Notes under the pieces: generated by a model | The model's database searches: none | What the model was told of the DNA's origin: nothing | Seen by the model: only the letters and a program-made list of their open reading frames with translations | Shown: positions 1 to 8,092 of the stretch, piece by piece | How the letters are laid out: each line of letters starts with the position of its first letter | Position numbering within the stretch: position 1 is the first letter of the stretch | From: Alphaproteobacteria bacterium | GTDB lineage: Bacteria > Pseudomonadota > Alphaproteobacteria > Rs-D84 > SZUA-605 | Assembly: GCA_031549385.1 (NCBI GenBank) | Contig: JAVBPW010000001.1 | Location: 390,661 to 454,660, forward strand | DNA length: 64,000 nucleotides | Direction: 5' to 3' | Program-made: the position numbers and the translations under genes

Positions 1-132
1 ACAATAATAAAAGTATAGATAGTTTTTTCAAAACAGTACTCCTTTGGTGCTATTATTATATCAAATTTTTGACCTCCTTGCAACTGCTTTATTGGGCTTG
101 ACAAAAGTCTGATTTTTGTAGATATTATAACA

Positions 133-954
133 ATGATTAAATTGATAAATCTTATTGGAAAATTTTTTGGATATGTGAAAGTTTTGTTCCTAACTTCACT
201 GGTTGCTTTTTTAATTAGCTCTTTTTATACAATGTATCATTTTCATGTTATTGCGCCTGTTGCTGTGTTTGCTAATTTGATTGCTGTACCGTTTTTTTCT
301 TTCTTTATTATGCCTCTTTGTACTTTGATTTTATTTTTGTTGCCTATTAATGGAGCTGAAATTCCTCTTCAAATTTTAGATCAACTATATTTTGTATTTA
401 AAAACATTTCTCAGTTTTTTGATTCTTGGGATTGGAATTTTATGGTTGGAGCTATGCCTTCTTGGACTTTGGGATTTTTTTCTTTTTCTTTTTATTTTTT
501 TATTGCTTTTAATAACAAATGGGTAAAAAGATTTTGTGTTTTTGTTATGCTGCTATGTTTTGCTTCTCCTCTTTTTTATAAAACACCTAATATTTGGATT
601 GCAGAAAATGGTCAGTTGATTGCTGTTAAAAAAGAAGATGGAAGATTGCAATTTTTTGGAAATGTTTCTCTTAATAAGTTTATTGCTGATGAATGGATAA
701 GAATTAATGGACAGGAAAATATACTTAAGTCTGAGAAAAATTATTGTTCACGTAAAAAGTTTTGTTATTATCAAGTTGATGGAAAAACTTTATATATTTT
801 AAATGATTTTTTTGATATCTATAGAAATATTATGATTGCTTGCGATGATGAAAATGGTATTATTGTTTCATCTTATGAAATAAATAATCCTGCTTGTAAA
901 GCTCAGTTAATCGACAAAAAATATCTTCAAGATAATGGATATCAAACTTTTTAA
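133..954 (+). CDS. ComEC/Rec2-like polytopic membrane protein, probably a C-terminal fragment or pseudogene. Upstream frames are closed and a hydrophobic stretch continues in another frame in the first 100 nt.
   Basis: Multi-TM N-terminal half with 'ANLIAVPFFSFFIMPLCTLILFLLP', which matches the conserved ComEC helix motif aNllavPl..vPlalla. No metallo-beta-lactamase domain. Stops occur in all frames before position 133. Confidence 0.4.
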   Translation: MIKLINLIGKFFGYVKVLFLTSLVAFLISSFYTMYHFHVIAPVAVFANLIAVPFFSFFIMPLCTLILFLLPINGAEIPLQILDQLYFVFKNISQFFDSWDWNFMVGAMPSWTLGFFSFSFYFFIAFNNKWVKRFCVFVMLLCFASPLFYKTPNIWIAENGQLIAVKKEDGRLQFFGNVSLNKFIADEWIRINGQENILKSEKNYCSRKKFCYYQVDGKTLYILNDFFDIYRNIMIACDDENGIIVSSYEINNPACKAQLIDKKYLQDNGYQTF

Positions 955-1000
955 TTCATTGACAATTTGAATTTTCGTTGGTAAGTATCTATATATTAGG

Positions 1001-1009
1001 TGTTATAAT
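1001..1009 (+). promoter_or_regulatory. Extended -10 promoter element TGtTATAAT
   Basis: Exact TGnTATAAT consensus at 1001-1009. A TTGACA hexamer sits at 959-964 but is too far away to serve as its -35. The predicted TSS is about 1016-1018. Confidence 0.3.
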
Positions 1010-1016
1010 AATTCAA

Positions 1017-1425
1017 ACTTAAATTTAAAACATATGTACCATACTTTAGTGTCTGATGTTGATAGGAAATTTTATGAGGGTGGTTGGTCAAATTCATATG
1101 AATTGGAAAATGAATCACCATTTATTTCGATTTTTGAACGAAAAGTGTGTATTTGTAAAAATATCACTCACCGTGAGACAGGGGCCAAGGATTTATTCCT
1201 TTATTTTCCCCGCCAACCCTTTATTCAAGAGGATGCCTTTGTTGGTGACCAAGAAGTAAGGAATAGTTTGCTTGGTTTTAAATCAGCTGTTTTTAATGGA
1301 TTGCGTGATCAAAGAACTTGGTTCAAGGTTGAGAAAAATGAAGGCGCAGATCTGTTATATACAGGCTGGGGTGGGTAATTCATTTACAAAAAATTTAGGC
1401 TGGAATTTCCAGCCTTTTTTATTTC
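1017..1425 (+). ncRNA. Candidate non-coding transcript (about 400 nt) or degenerated gene remnant, running from the promoter to the intrinsic terminator
   Basis: The segment 1100-1390 is GC-elevated. The only ORFs (114 and 67 aa) have no recognisable protein features. It is bounded by an extended -10 promoter and a perfect terminator. It contains a degenerate reverse-oriented piece of the intergenic repeat around 1090-1160. Confidence 0.25.
1397..1425 (+). terminator. Rho-independent terminator (AGGCTGGAA/TTCCAGCCT stem plus T6)
   Basis: Perfect 9-bp inverted repeat followed by TTTTTT. Confidence 0.7.
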
Positions 1426-1970
1426 CCTTTTAAACCTAGCTGATAAATTTTTTCTAACATTTTTAATCTTTTTTCTTGGCTTACAAATTGTACACTGTAA
1501 AGAGGTGTTCTTTTTGCCTTAAATCCACAAAATTTAAAAATATGTCTGTTTAAACATTTCCATGTTACAAAGCCTGTTATTAATTGGTAAATCCAAGGTC
1601 CATTTAATGTATAAATAAAACGTACAGTTTTACCTTTCATTAATTTTGCTGGAATCATTCCTTTTCCATATTTGAAAAATACTCCGTGAACTATTGTTTT
1701 GTCTATCCAACCTTTGAATAAAGCAGGAACTGTGCCCCACCAAATAGGACTTTCAATTACTATATGGTCAGCCCATAAAAACCATTTTTGATGTTCTTGT
1801 ATGACTGGTTCAACCATCATGTTGCTGTTTGCAAGTGGGTCGAATTTTGTATCACGTAAAACTATTTTATTTACTTTGTTTTCTTTTTTTGCACCTTTTT
1901 CATAAGCTTCTATTAAGGCTTGTCCGAATGAGCCATGGAATGGGTGGGTGTCTATAATCAGTATATTCAT
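1419..1970 (-). CDS. Flavodoxin-like-fold NAD(P)H dehydrogenase (quinone), KefF/MdaB/general stress protein 14-like
   Basis: 'MNILIIDTHPFHGSFGQALIEAYEKGAKKENKVNKIVLRDTKFDPL' has the N-terminal flavodoxin_2 pattern, with ...WWGTVPALFKGWIDK downstream. AAGGAG RBS on the minus strand at 1977-1982. Confidence 0.6.
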   Translation of the reverse strand: MNILIIDTHPFHGSFGQALIEAYEKGAKKENKVNKIVLRDTKFDPLANSNMMVEPVIQEHQKWFLWADHIVIESPIWWGTVPALFKGWIDKTIVHGVFFKYGKGMIPAKLMKGKTVRFIYTLNGPWIYQLITGFVTWKCLNRHIFKFCGFKAKRTPLYSVQFVSQEKRLKMLEKIYQLGLKGK

Positions 1971-1990
1971 AATTTATCTCCTTGGGGGTA

Positions 1991-2115
1991 CGTTGAATTT
2001 TGGTTACGATTCAAAAGGATTTAAAATTTAAAGACGCATCACGTAGCCATATGTACGCTCAGGTCTTAAAATTTTAAATACTTTCGTTCTCACTCAAAAT
2101 TGAACGACCAATGAT
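1991..2115. repeat. MITE-like intergenic palindromic repeat, copy A (subfamily 1)
   Basis: Terminal inverted repeats CGTTGAATTTTGG...CTCAAAATTGAACG. Internal long hairpin with arms TTTAAAATTTAAAGAC/GTCTTAAAATTTTAAA around the palindromic core CGTAGCCATATGTACG. About 70% identical to copy F. Confidence 0.7.
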
Positions 2116-2242
2116 TTAATATCATTTTAATTATATCAAATTTTTGAATCCTTTACAATATGACAATATTCTCTTAAAAAAGATTGCAAAATTGTTATTT
2201 TTTTTCTATTATTGACCTTTGAATAAAAAAAGGAAAAAGACT

Positions 2243-5200
2243 ATGGCATATCCAAAAACTAATGTATCTGTAAACTTTGTAGAAATAGAAAAAAATATCC
2301 AAAAATTTTGGGAAGATAATAAGATTTTTATGAAGTCAATTGATATTAGAAATGGAGCAGAGGATTTTGTGTTCTTTGATGGACCTCCTACTGGTAATGG
2401 TTTGCCTCATTATGGACATTTGGCAGTGTCTGCTATGAAAGATTGCGTTTGTCGTTATAAGACTATGCAAGGGTACCGAGTTATTAGAAATTTTGGTTGG
2501 GATTGTCATGGACTTCCTGTTGAAATAGAAGTTTGTAAAGAACGTGGACTTGCTGATAGAGATGCTATTTTATCTTATGGTATAGAAAAGTTTAACGGCG
2601 AATGTAAAAAAGATGTTATGAAATATCGTTCTATTTGGGTTGATACTTTAAATAGAGTTGGCAGATGGGGTAACTTTGATGCTGAATATAAGACTATGGA
2701 TTTTTCTTATATGGAATCTGTTATGTGGGCTATTTCTGAGCTTTATAAAAATGATTTACTTTATCAAGGTTATAAAGTTATGGCTTATTCTTATGGAGCT
2801 GAAACATCACTTTCTAATTCAGAAGCTAAGATGGAATATAAGGATAAAGTTGATCCTGCTATTACTGTTGCTTTTAAATTAAAAGATGATTTCTTAAGTA
2901 AGGAAACTCATGTTCTTGTTTGGACTACTACACCTTGGACACTTTGCACTAATTTAGCTTTGGTTGTTGGAAAGGATATTGATTATTCTGTTATGGAAGA
3001 AGATGGAACACAATATATTCTTGCTTCTGCTTTGGTTGCTAATTATAAAAAACAATTAGAAAATGCTACTCTTGTTAAAACTATTAAAGGTTCGGATTTA
3101 TTAGGTAAAGAATATGTGCCTATGTTTGATTATTATGCTCATCTTGAATTTAATAACGCTTTTAAAATCTATGATGCTGATTTTGTTTCAATAACTGATG
3201 GAACTGGAATTGTGCATATGGCTCCTTATGGAGAAGATGACTTTGAAGTTTTAAAGAAAAATAGTATTCCTGTTGTTTCTCCAGTTGACGGAAAAGGTTT
3301 GTTTAATTCAGAAGTTAAAGATTATGCTGGTATGCTTGTTTTTGATGCATCAGAAAAAATTATTCAAGATTTAAAAGAAAGAGGAGTGTTGATAAAAAAA
3401 GAAAACTATACTCACTCTTATCCTTATTGTTGGAGAACTAAAACTCCACTTATTTATAGACCTATGGAATCTTGGTTTGTGAATGTGGAAAAAATAAAAC
3501 AAAATATTATTGATGAAAACAAAGAAATAACTTGGGTGCCTGAACATCTTCGTGATGGACGTTTTGGTAAATGGTTAGAGGGTGCTAAAGATTGGGGTAT
3601 TTCAAGAAATCGTTTTTGGGGATGTCCGCTTCCTATTTGGGTAAGTGATAATCCTGATTTCAAAAGAATTGATGTTTTTGGATCATACGAAGAAATTGAA
3701 AAAGTTTCTGGTCAAAAAATTAGTGATCCACATAAACCTTTTATAGATGAAATTACTTATAAAAATCCTGATGATCCTTCTGGAAAAACTTTGATGAAGA
3801 GAATTCCTGATGTTTTGGATTGTTGGTTTGAAAGTGGAGCTATGCCTTTTGCTGCTCTTCATTATCCGTTCGAAAACAAAGAATTGTTTGAGGAAAGATT
3901 CCCTGCTGACTTTATTGTCGAAGGACAAGACCAAACACGTGGATGGTTTTATACTTTGATGGTGCTTGCTGTTGCATTATTTGGAAAGAAAGCATTTAAG
4001 GTTTGTATGGTTAATGGATTGGTTTTAAATGTTGAAAAGAAAAAACTTTCTAAATCAGAAAAGAATTATGTTTCACCTGATGTATTATTTGAAAGTTTAG
4101 GGGCTGAAGCTTTTAGATGGTATATGCTTAGTTCACCTTTGTTTAAAGCTGAATCTGTGGCATTTGATGAAAAGTTAACTGCTAAGGCTATGAGAGATGC
4201 TTTGATACCTTTATGGAATAGCTATCACTTCTTTACACTTTATGCTAATGCTGATAATGTTGATGCAAAAGAAATTGTAACTTCTTCAAATGTACTTGAT
4301 AGATATATTTTAGCAAAACTTAAAAAATTGTCTGTTGATGTTAAATCTAATATAGATAATTGGTCAGTTGATAAAGCATGTGTTAAAATTGTTGATTTCT
4401 TAGACGTTTTAAATAATTGGTATATCAGACGTTCTCGTGATAGATTCTGGGGGACTGGAATAACTAAAGAAATGTCAATGGAGGCGTTTAATACTCTTTA
4501 CACTGTACTTGTTAATGTGTGTAAAACTATTGCTCCTATTATGCCTCATGTGTCAGAATTTATTTATAAAAATTTAACTAATGAAGAAAGTGTGCATTTA
4601 GTTTTATGGCCAGATTTATCAACAATAGCTGATGAAGATGATTTGATTAAGGCTATGGATCAAGTGCAAGATGTTTGCAGATGTGGTAAATTTATACGTG
4701 AAGAAGAAAGTTTGCGTAACAGATTGCCTCTTGCTTCTGCTACTGTGGTTGGAATCGAATTGGAAGATTATTCTGATGTTATTGCTGATGAGTTAAATGT
4801 TAAAAAAGTTATATTCGATAAAAATCTTCCTCAGTATGCTGATAAGTTTTTGTATTTGATTACTCCTAAGATTGGGGAACGCTTAGGTGGAGCTTTAAAA
4901 GATATTATTCCTGCTTCTAAAAAAAGTGAATATAAACTTGCTAATGGAAAGTGTATTGTTGCTGGGTTTGAATTGAATAATGATGAATTCGAAGAAAGAC
5001 TTGTTTTGAAAAATGGAGTGCATGGAAAAGCATTATCTGATAACAGTGCTGTTGTTATGCTTGATTTAGTTGTTACTCCTGAATTGAAAAAAGAAGGAAT
5101 GGTTCGTGATTTTGTTAGAGCTGTTGCTGATGAAAGAAAAGAAATAGGTTTGGAAGTTACTGACAGAATTAAGCTTTATTATGAAACAGATAATAACGAA

Positions 5201-5338
5201 GTTATAGATGCTTTTAATACTTATTCAGGATATATAAAAGAACAAGTTCTTGCAGAAGTTTTTGAGAAAAATAAGATGGCTAAAAAAGAAGTTTTATTAG
5301 GAGATGTTAAAATATATTTATATTTAACTAAAAATTAG
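2243..5338 (+). CDS. ileS: Isoleucyl-tRNA synthetase, type 2 (eukaryote-like)
   Basis: HYGH motif ('PPTGNGLPHYGHL') and KMSKS motif ('KKLSKSEKN'). The ORF-track start at 2219 is TTG; ATG at 2243 is preceded by an AAGGAAA RBS. Confidence 0.95.
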   Translation: MAYPKTNVSVNFVEIEKNIQKFWEDNKIFMKSIDIRNGAEDFVFFDGPPTGNGLPHYGHLAVSAMKDCVCRYKTMQGYRVIRNFGWDCHGLPVEIEVCKERGLADRDAILSYGIEKFNGECKKDVMKYRSIWVDTLNRVGRWGNFDAEYKTMDFSYMESVMWAISELYKNDLLYQGYKVMAYSYGAETSLSNSEAKMEYKDKVDPAITVAFKLKDDFLSKETHVLVWTTTPWTLCTNLALVVGKDIDYSVMEEDGTQYILASALVANYKKQLENATLVKTIKGSDLLGKEYVPMFDYYAHLEFNNAFKIYDADFVSITDGTGIVHMAPYGEDDFEVLKKNSIPVVSPVDGKGLFNSEVKDYAGMLVFDASEKIIQDLKERGVLIKKENYTHSYPYCWRTKTPLIYRPMESWFVNVEKIKQNIIDENKEITWVPEHLRDGRFGKWLEGAKDWGISRNRFWGCPLPIWVSDNPDFKRIDVFGSYEEIEKVSGQKISDPHKPFIDEITYKNPDDPSGKTLMKRIPDVLDCWFESGAMPFAALHYPFENKELFEERFPADFIVEGQDQTRGWFYTLMVLAVALFGKKAFKVCMVNGLVLNVEKKKLSKSEKNYVSPDVLFESLGAEAFRWYMLSSPLFKAESVAFDEKLTAKAMRDALIPLWNSYHFFTLYANADNVDAKEIVTSSNVLDRYILAKLKKLSVDVKSNIDNWSVDKACVKIVDFLDVLNNWYIRRSRDRFWGTGITKEMSMEAFNTLYTVLVNVCKTIAPIMPHVSEFIYKNLTNEESVHLVLWPDLSTIADEDDLIKAMDQVQDVCRCGKFIREEESLRNRLPLASATVVGIELEDYSDVIADELNVKKVIFDKNLPQYADKFLYLITPKIGERLGGALKDIIPASKKSEYKLANGKCIVAGFELNNDEFEERLVLKNGVHGKALSDNSAVVMLDLVVTPELKKEGMVRDFVRAVADERKEIGLEVTDRIKLYYETDNNEVIDAFNTYSGYIKEQVLAEVFEKNKMAKKEVLLGDVKIYLYLTKN

Positions 5339-5419
5339 TAATTTACCTGATAAAAAACCTCTTGTGTTGATGTTAAAATTATGGTATATTTAATACATCA
5401 ATAAAAAGAGAGGAAAATT

Positions 5420-5917
5420 ATGATAAAAGTTTCTTACGTTATTTTAGCATCTGTTTTGCTAGTATCTGGCTTTGCAGAAGCACAAAGAACAAATGATGGT
5501 ACAGCTTCACGTGCTGGAGTTAGCCGTTTAAATACTGGTGTTGCAAAACCTGCAGCGTCATCTGAAATCAGACCTGCTATTGCTAAACCGACTGTTGCTA
5601 CTGCAGTGAAACCTGTGGAAGCTCAAAAAGTTACTGAAATTGTAGAACCTGTTAAAACTACTGCTATTATAGAAGATACAGAATTAATCAAAAAGAAACA
5701 GGAAGAGTTGGCTAATAAGCAAGCTTTGAAAGAACAATTAGAACTTGAAATCTCTCAAATAGAATCTGAACAAAAACGTTGCGATAAGCAAAAGAAGAAC
5801 TGGACTATTGCAACAGTTGCTGGGTCTGTGGGAACAGTTGCTGGTACTGTGGGTGCTGTTATTCAAGGTAAAGACTTAAAAGAAAAGAAAGAAACACTTA
5901 ACGAGTTAAAGAATTAA
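5420..5917 (+). CDS. Secreted coiled-coil protein with a C-terminal glycine-zipper helix (paralog family member 1)
   Basis: Signal peptide ...SGFAEAQ. N-terminal 'AQRTN..SRAGVSR' is like that of the 731-aa protein. Coiled coil present. C-terminus 'KRCDKQKK..TVAGSVGTVAGTVGAVIQG'. Confidence 0.7.
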   Translation: MIKVSYVILASVLLVSGFAEAQRTNDGTASRAGVSRLNTGVAKPAASSEIRPAIAKPTVATAVKPVEAQKVTEIVEPVKTTAIIEDTELIKKKQEELANKQALKEQLELEISQIESEQKRCDKQKKNWTIATVAGSVGTVAGTVGAVIQGKDLKEKKETLNELKN

Positions 5918-5929
5918 AGGAATTTGAAC

Positions 5930-7213
5930 ATGAAAAAAAGTATATTAATTTTATCAGGCTTGTTGGTTTCACTTAATGCATATGCGCAACAATCAACTAA
6001 ACCTACTGGACTTGTTTTAGAAAAACCAGTTGCACCAACTGCTTCTGGAGTTTCTGCTGTATCAATAAATAGTGAAATTGAACTTGATAATGCAATATTA
6101 AAATTAGATAAAGAAATTAAAACACTTTCTGAAACTCGTCAAAAGAAAGAAGATGAACTTGATAAGTGTTCTAAATCAGTTAAAGGATTTAAAGTTGCTG
6201 GTATTTCCACTTTGTCTGCTACTGGTGTGCTTGCAGGTGTTAATATTTACCAAGGTGTTCAACAAGGTAAATTGAAAGATGAAATTAGAGATGCTTCTGT
6301 TATTAAAGCAGAAAGAGAAAAATTAGTTCAAATTATTAAAACTATTCAATCTACAAGAACAATTACTATGGATCAAATGAGAACTTTGAGAAGTAATTTG
6401 GATAAGTTAACAGAACAAGATAAAGCAGATCTTAGAACTGCTTTAACAGGAAGTAAGATTACTGTTAATTCTGAACGAGAAAAATCAGAAATGGAAGATT
6501 TCTTAAAGATGTTAGATGTTGCTGGTTATACAGTTAATGTTAATCCATTTGTTACAGTTGGTGGACATTGTGTTACTCCTGTAGAAATTTTACAATTTTC
6601 TAATCAAATTCAATATTTAGATACACCAGAAAAGTGCTGTGGAGAACATTTAGTTTGGAATGATGGTAATAATCCAGAAACTAGAAATACAAAAAATATA
6701 AGACCTTATCCAAGATGTGAATTAGATAAAGCTGGATTAGAAAAAGTTCTTGAGTTTGTTTGTAAAAATAATTTAAGATACCATAATACATACGATAATA
6801 TTTATAATTATACAAAAGAAGCCCAAGATTTATTTGAAGAAGCTTCAGGTAAAAAAGGAACTTCAGAAAAAGAATCTCTAGCAAAGATGAAAGCTTATTG
6901 CAAGAAACTTAATTTCAATAATGATTATAAATTTATAAATACAATAGAAGAAGTAAAAAAAGTTGATAATACTTTTGCAACTTTTACAGAAAAATATAAT
7001 GCTATGAAAGATAAATCAGAATTAGTGTTTGGTGATATTCAGTTTTTAATGTGGAATAAAGATTATGTTAAAAATGCTAAAGATAATGCTGTTAGAACAA
7101 GTTTAAAAGGTAAAAAAGTTGTTTTAACTGATAATGAAAAAAAACAAGCTGACCCTTGGATTAAAGAGTTAGAACTTGAATTAACAATTGAGGTTAAGGA
7201 ATCTAAGAAATAA
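5930..7213 (+). CDS. Secreted coiled-coil protein with K-C...glycine-zipper motif (family member 2)
   Basis: Signal peptide ...LNAYAQQ. Motif 'DKCSKSVKGFKVAGISTLSATGVLAGVNIYQGVQQ' is nearly identical to the one in the next gene. ATG at 5930 (track start 5924 is TTG). Confidence 0.7.
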   Translation: MKKSILILSGLLVSLNAYAQQSTKPTGLVLEKPVAPTASGVSAVSINSEIELDNAILKLDKEIKTLSETRQKKEDELDKCSKSVKGFKVAGISTLSATGVLAGVNIYQGVQQGKLKDEIRDASVIKAEREKLVQIIKTIQSTRTITMDQMRTLRSNLDKLTEQDKADLRTALTGSKITVNSEREKSEMEDFLKMLDVAGYTVNVNPFVTVGGHCVTPVEILQFSNQIQYLDTPEKCCGEHLVWNDGNNPETRNTKNIRPYPRCELDKAGLEKVLEFVCKNNLRYHNTYDNIYNYTKEAQDLFEEASGKKGTSEKESLAKMKAYCKKLNFNNDYKFINTIEEVKKVDNTFATFTEKYNAMKDKSELVFGDIQFLMWNKDYVKNAKDNAVRTSLKGKKVVLTDNEKKQADPWIKELELELTIEVKESKK

Positions 7214-7271
7214 TATCAATAAAAAATAAGGGGGGCTTGAGAAAGCCCTCTTTTTATTGTATAATATCTTT

Positions 7272-8066
7272 ATGAAAATTTTATTAGCACTATTATTGTT
7301 TTTTTCTTTTAATGGGTTTGCTCAGTCTGTTGATGCTCAGCTTTTATCTGTTAATGAAAAAATTGAAGAATTGATAAAAATAAAAGATAAAAAATTAATT
7401 GAACTTAATAAATGTGCTAGGTCTGTAAAAGGTTTTAAGGTTGCAGGGATTACTACTTTAACTGCGACTGGTGCTTTGGCAGGGGTTAATGTTTATCAAG
7501 GGGTTGAACAAATTAAAACTCAGAATGCTATTAATGATGAAAAGAGTAGATTAGAAGCTTTAAAACAAGATGAAATAAAGATTATTATTGTTCCAGGGGA
7601 AACTACTGATAGTTTAGTAAAAGATAAAAATAAAACAGAAGAAGAACTTAGAGAGCGTATTAAGAATATGACTCCTGAAGAACGACAAAAATATATAGAT
7701 AGTCAATACTGGCAAAATACTTCAGAAAAAGATATGTATGAAGCAGGTGTTGCTTATTTGGAAAAAGGTCAAAATCAAACTGCTATTGAAAGATTTAATA
7801 AGGCTTTAGAAATGAATCCTAATAATCCTTTTTCTTACTATGGAAGAGGGGCTGCAGAATATCATATAGGAAAATTAAATGAAGCTAAAGCTGATATAGA
7901 AAAATCGCTTGAACTTTGGGTGTTGGATGTAAAATTACCTTTTCATGATTTGAATGTAATATGTTTTAAATGTAGTGCTAAATATGATGAGGTTAAAAAG
8001 GTTTGCTACCGAACAGCTTCTGATGGAAAGCGAGCTGATTTGACTGATTTAAATAAATGTAAATAA
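7272..8066 (+). CDS. Secreted protein with K-C...glycine-zipper motif plus a C-terminal TPR repeat (family member 3)
   Basis: Signal peptide ...NGFAQS. Motif 'NKCARSVKGFKVAGITTLTATGALAGVNVYQGVEQ'. TPR-like segment 'AYLEKGQNQTAIERFNKALEMNPNNPFSYYGRGAAEYHIGKLNEA'. ATG at 7272 (track start 7257 is TTG). Confidence 0.65.
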   Translation: MKILLALLLFFSFNGFAQSVDAQLLSVNEKIEELIKIKDKKLIELNKCARSVKGFKVAGITTLTATGALAGVNVYQGVEQIKTQNAINDEKSRLEALKQDEIKIIIVPGETTDSLVKDKNKTEEELRERIKNMTPEERQKYIDSQYWQNTSEKDMYEAGVAYLEKGQNQTAIERFNKALEMNPNNPFSYYGRGAAEYHIGKLNEAKADIEKSLELWVLDVKLPFHDLNVICFKCSAKYDEVKKVCYRTASDGKRADLTDLNKCK

Positions 8067-8070
8067 AAAT

Positions 8071-8092
8071 AGCCCCATAAGGGGCTTTTTTT
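8071..8092. terminator. Bidirectional intrinsic terminator between convergent genes
   Basis: AGCCCCATAAGGGGCT hairpin flanked by T/A runs on both strands. Confidence 0.7.

Noticed and set aside
959-964. TTGACA hexamer as the -35 for the 1001-1009 -10 element
   Set aside because: Spacing to the TATAAT is about 39 nt, too long. The -10 element is of the extended (TGn) type and does not need a -35.
2658-3934. ORF-track entries 2658-2882 (+), 3454-3663 (-), 3683-3934 (-) inside ileS
   Set aside because: They are alternative-frame or antisense ORFs embedded in a strongly supported ileS reading frame, with low-complexity translations. Spurious.
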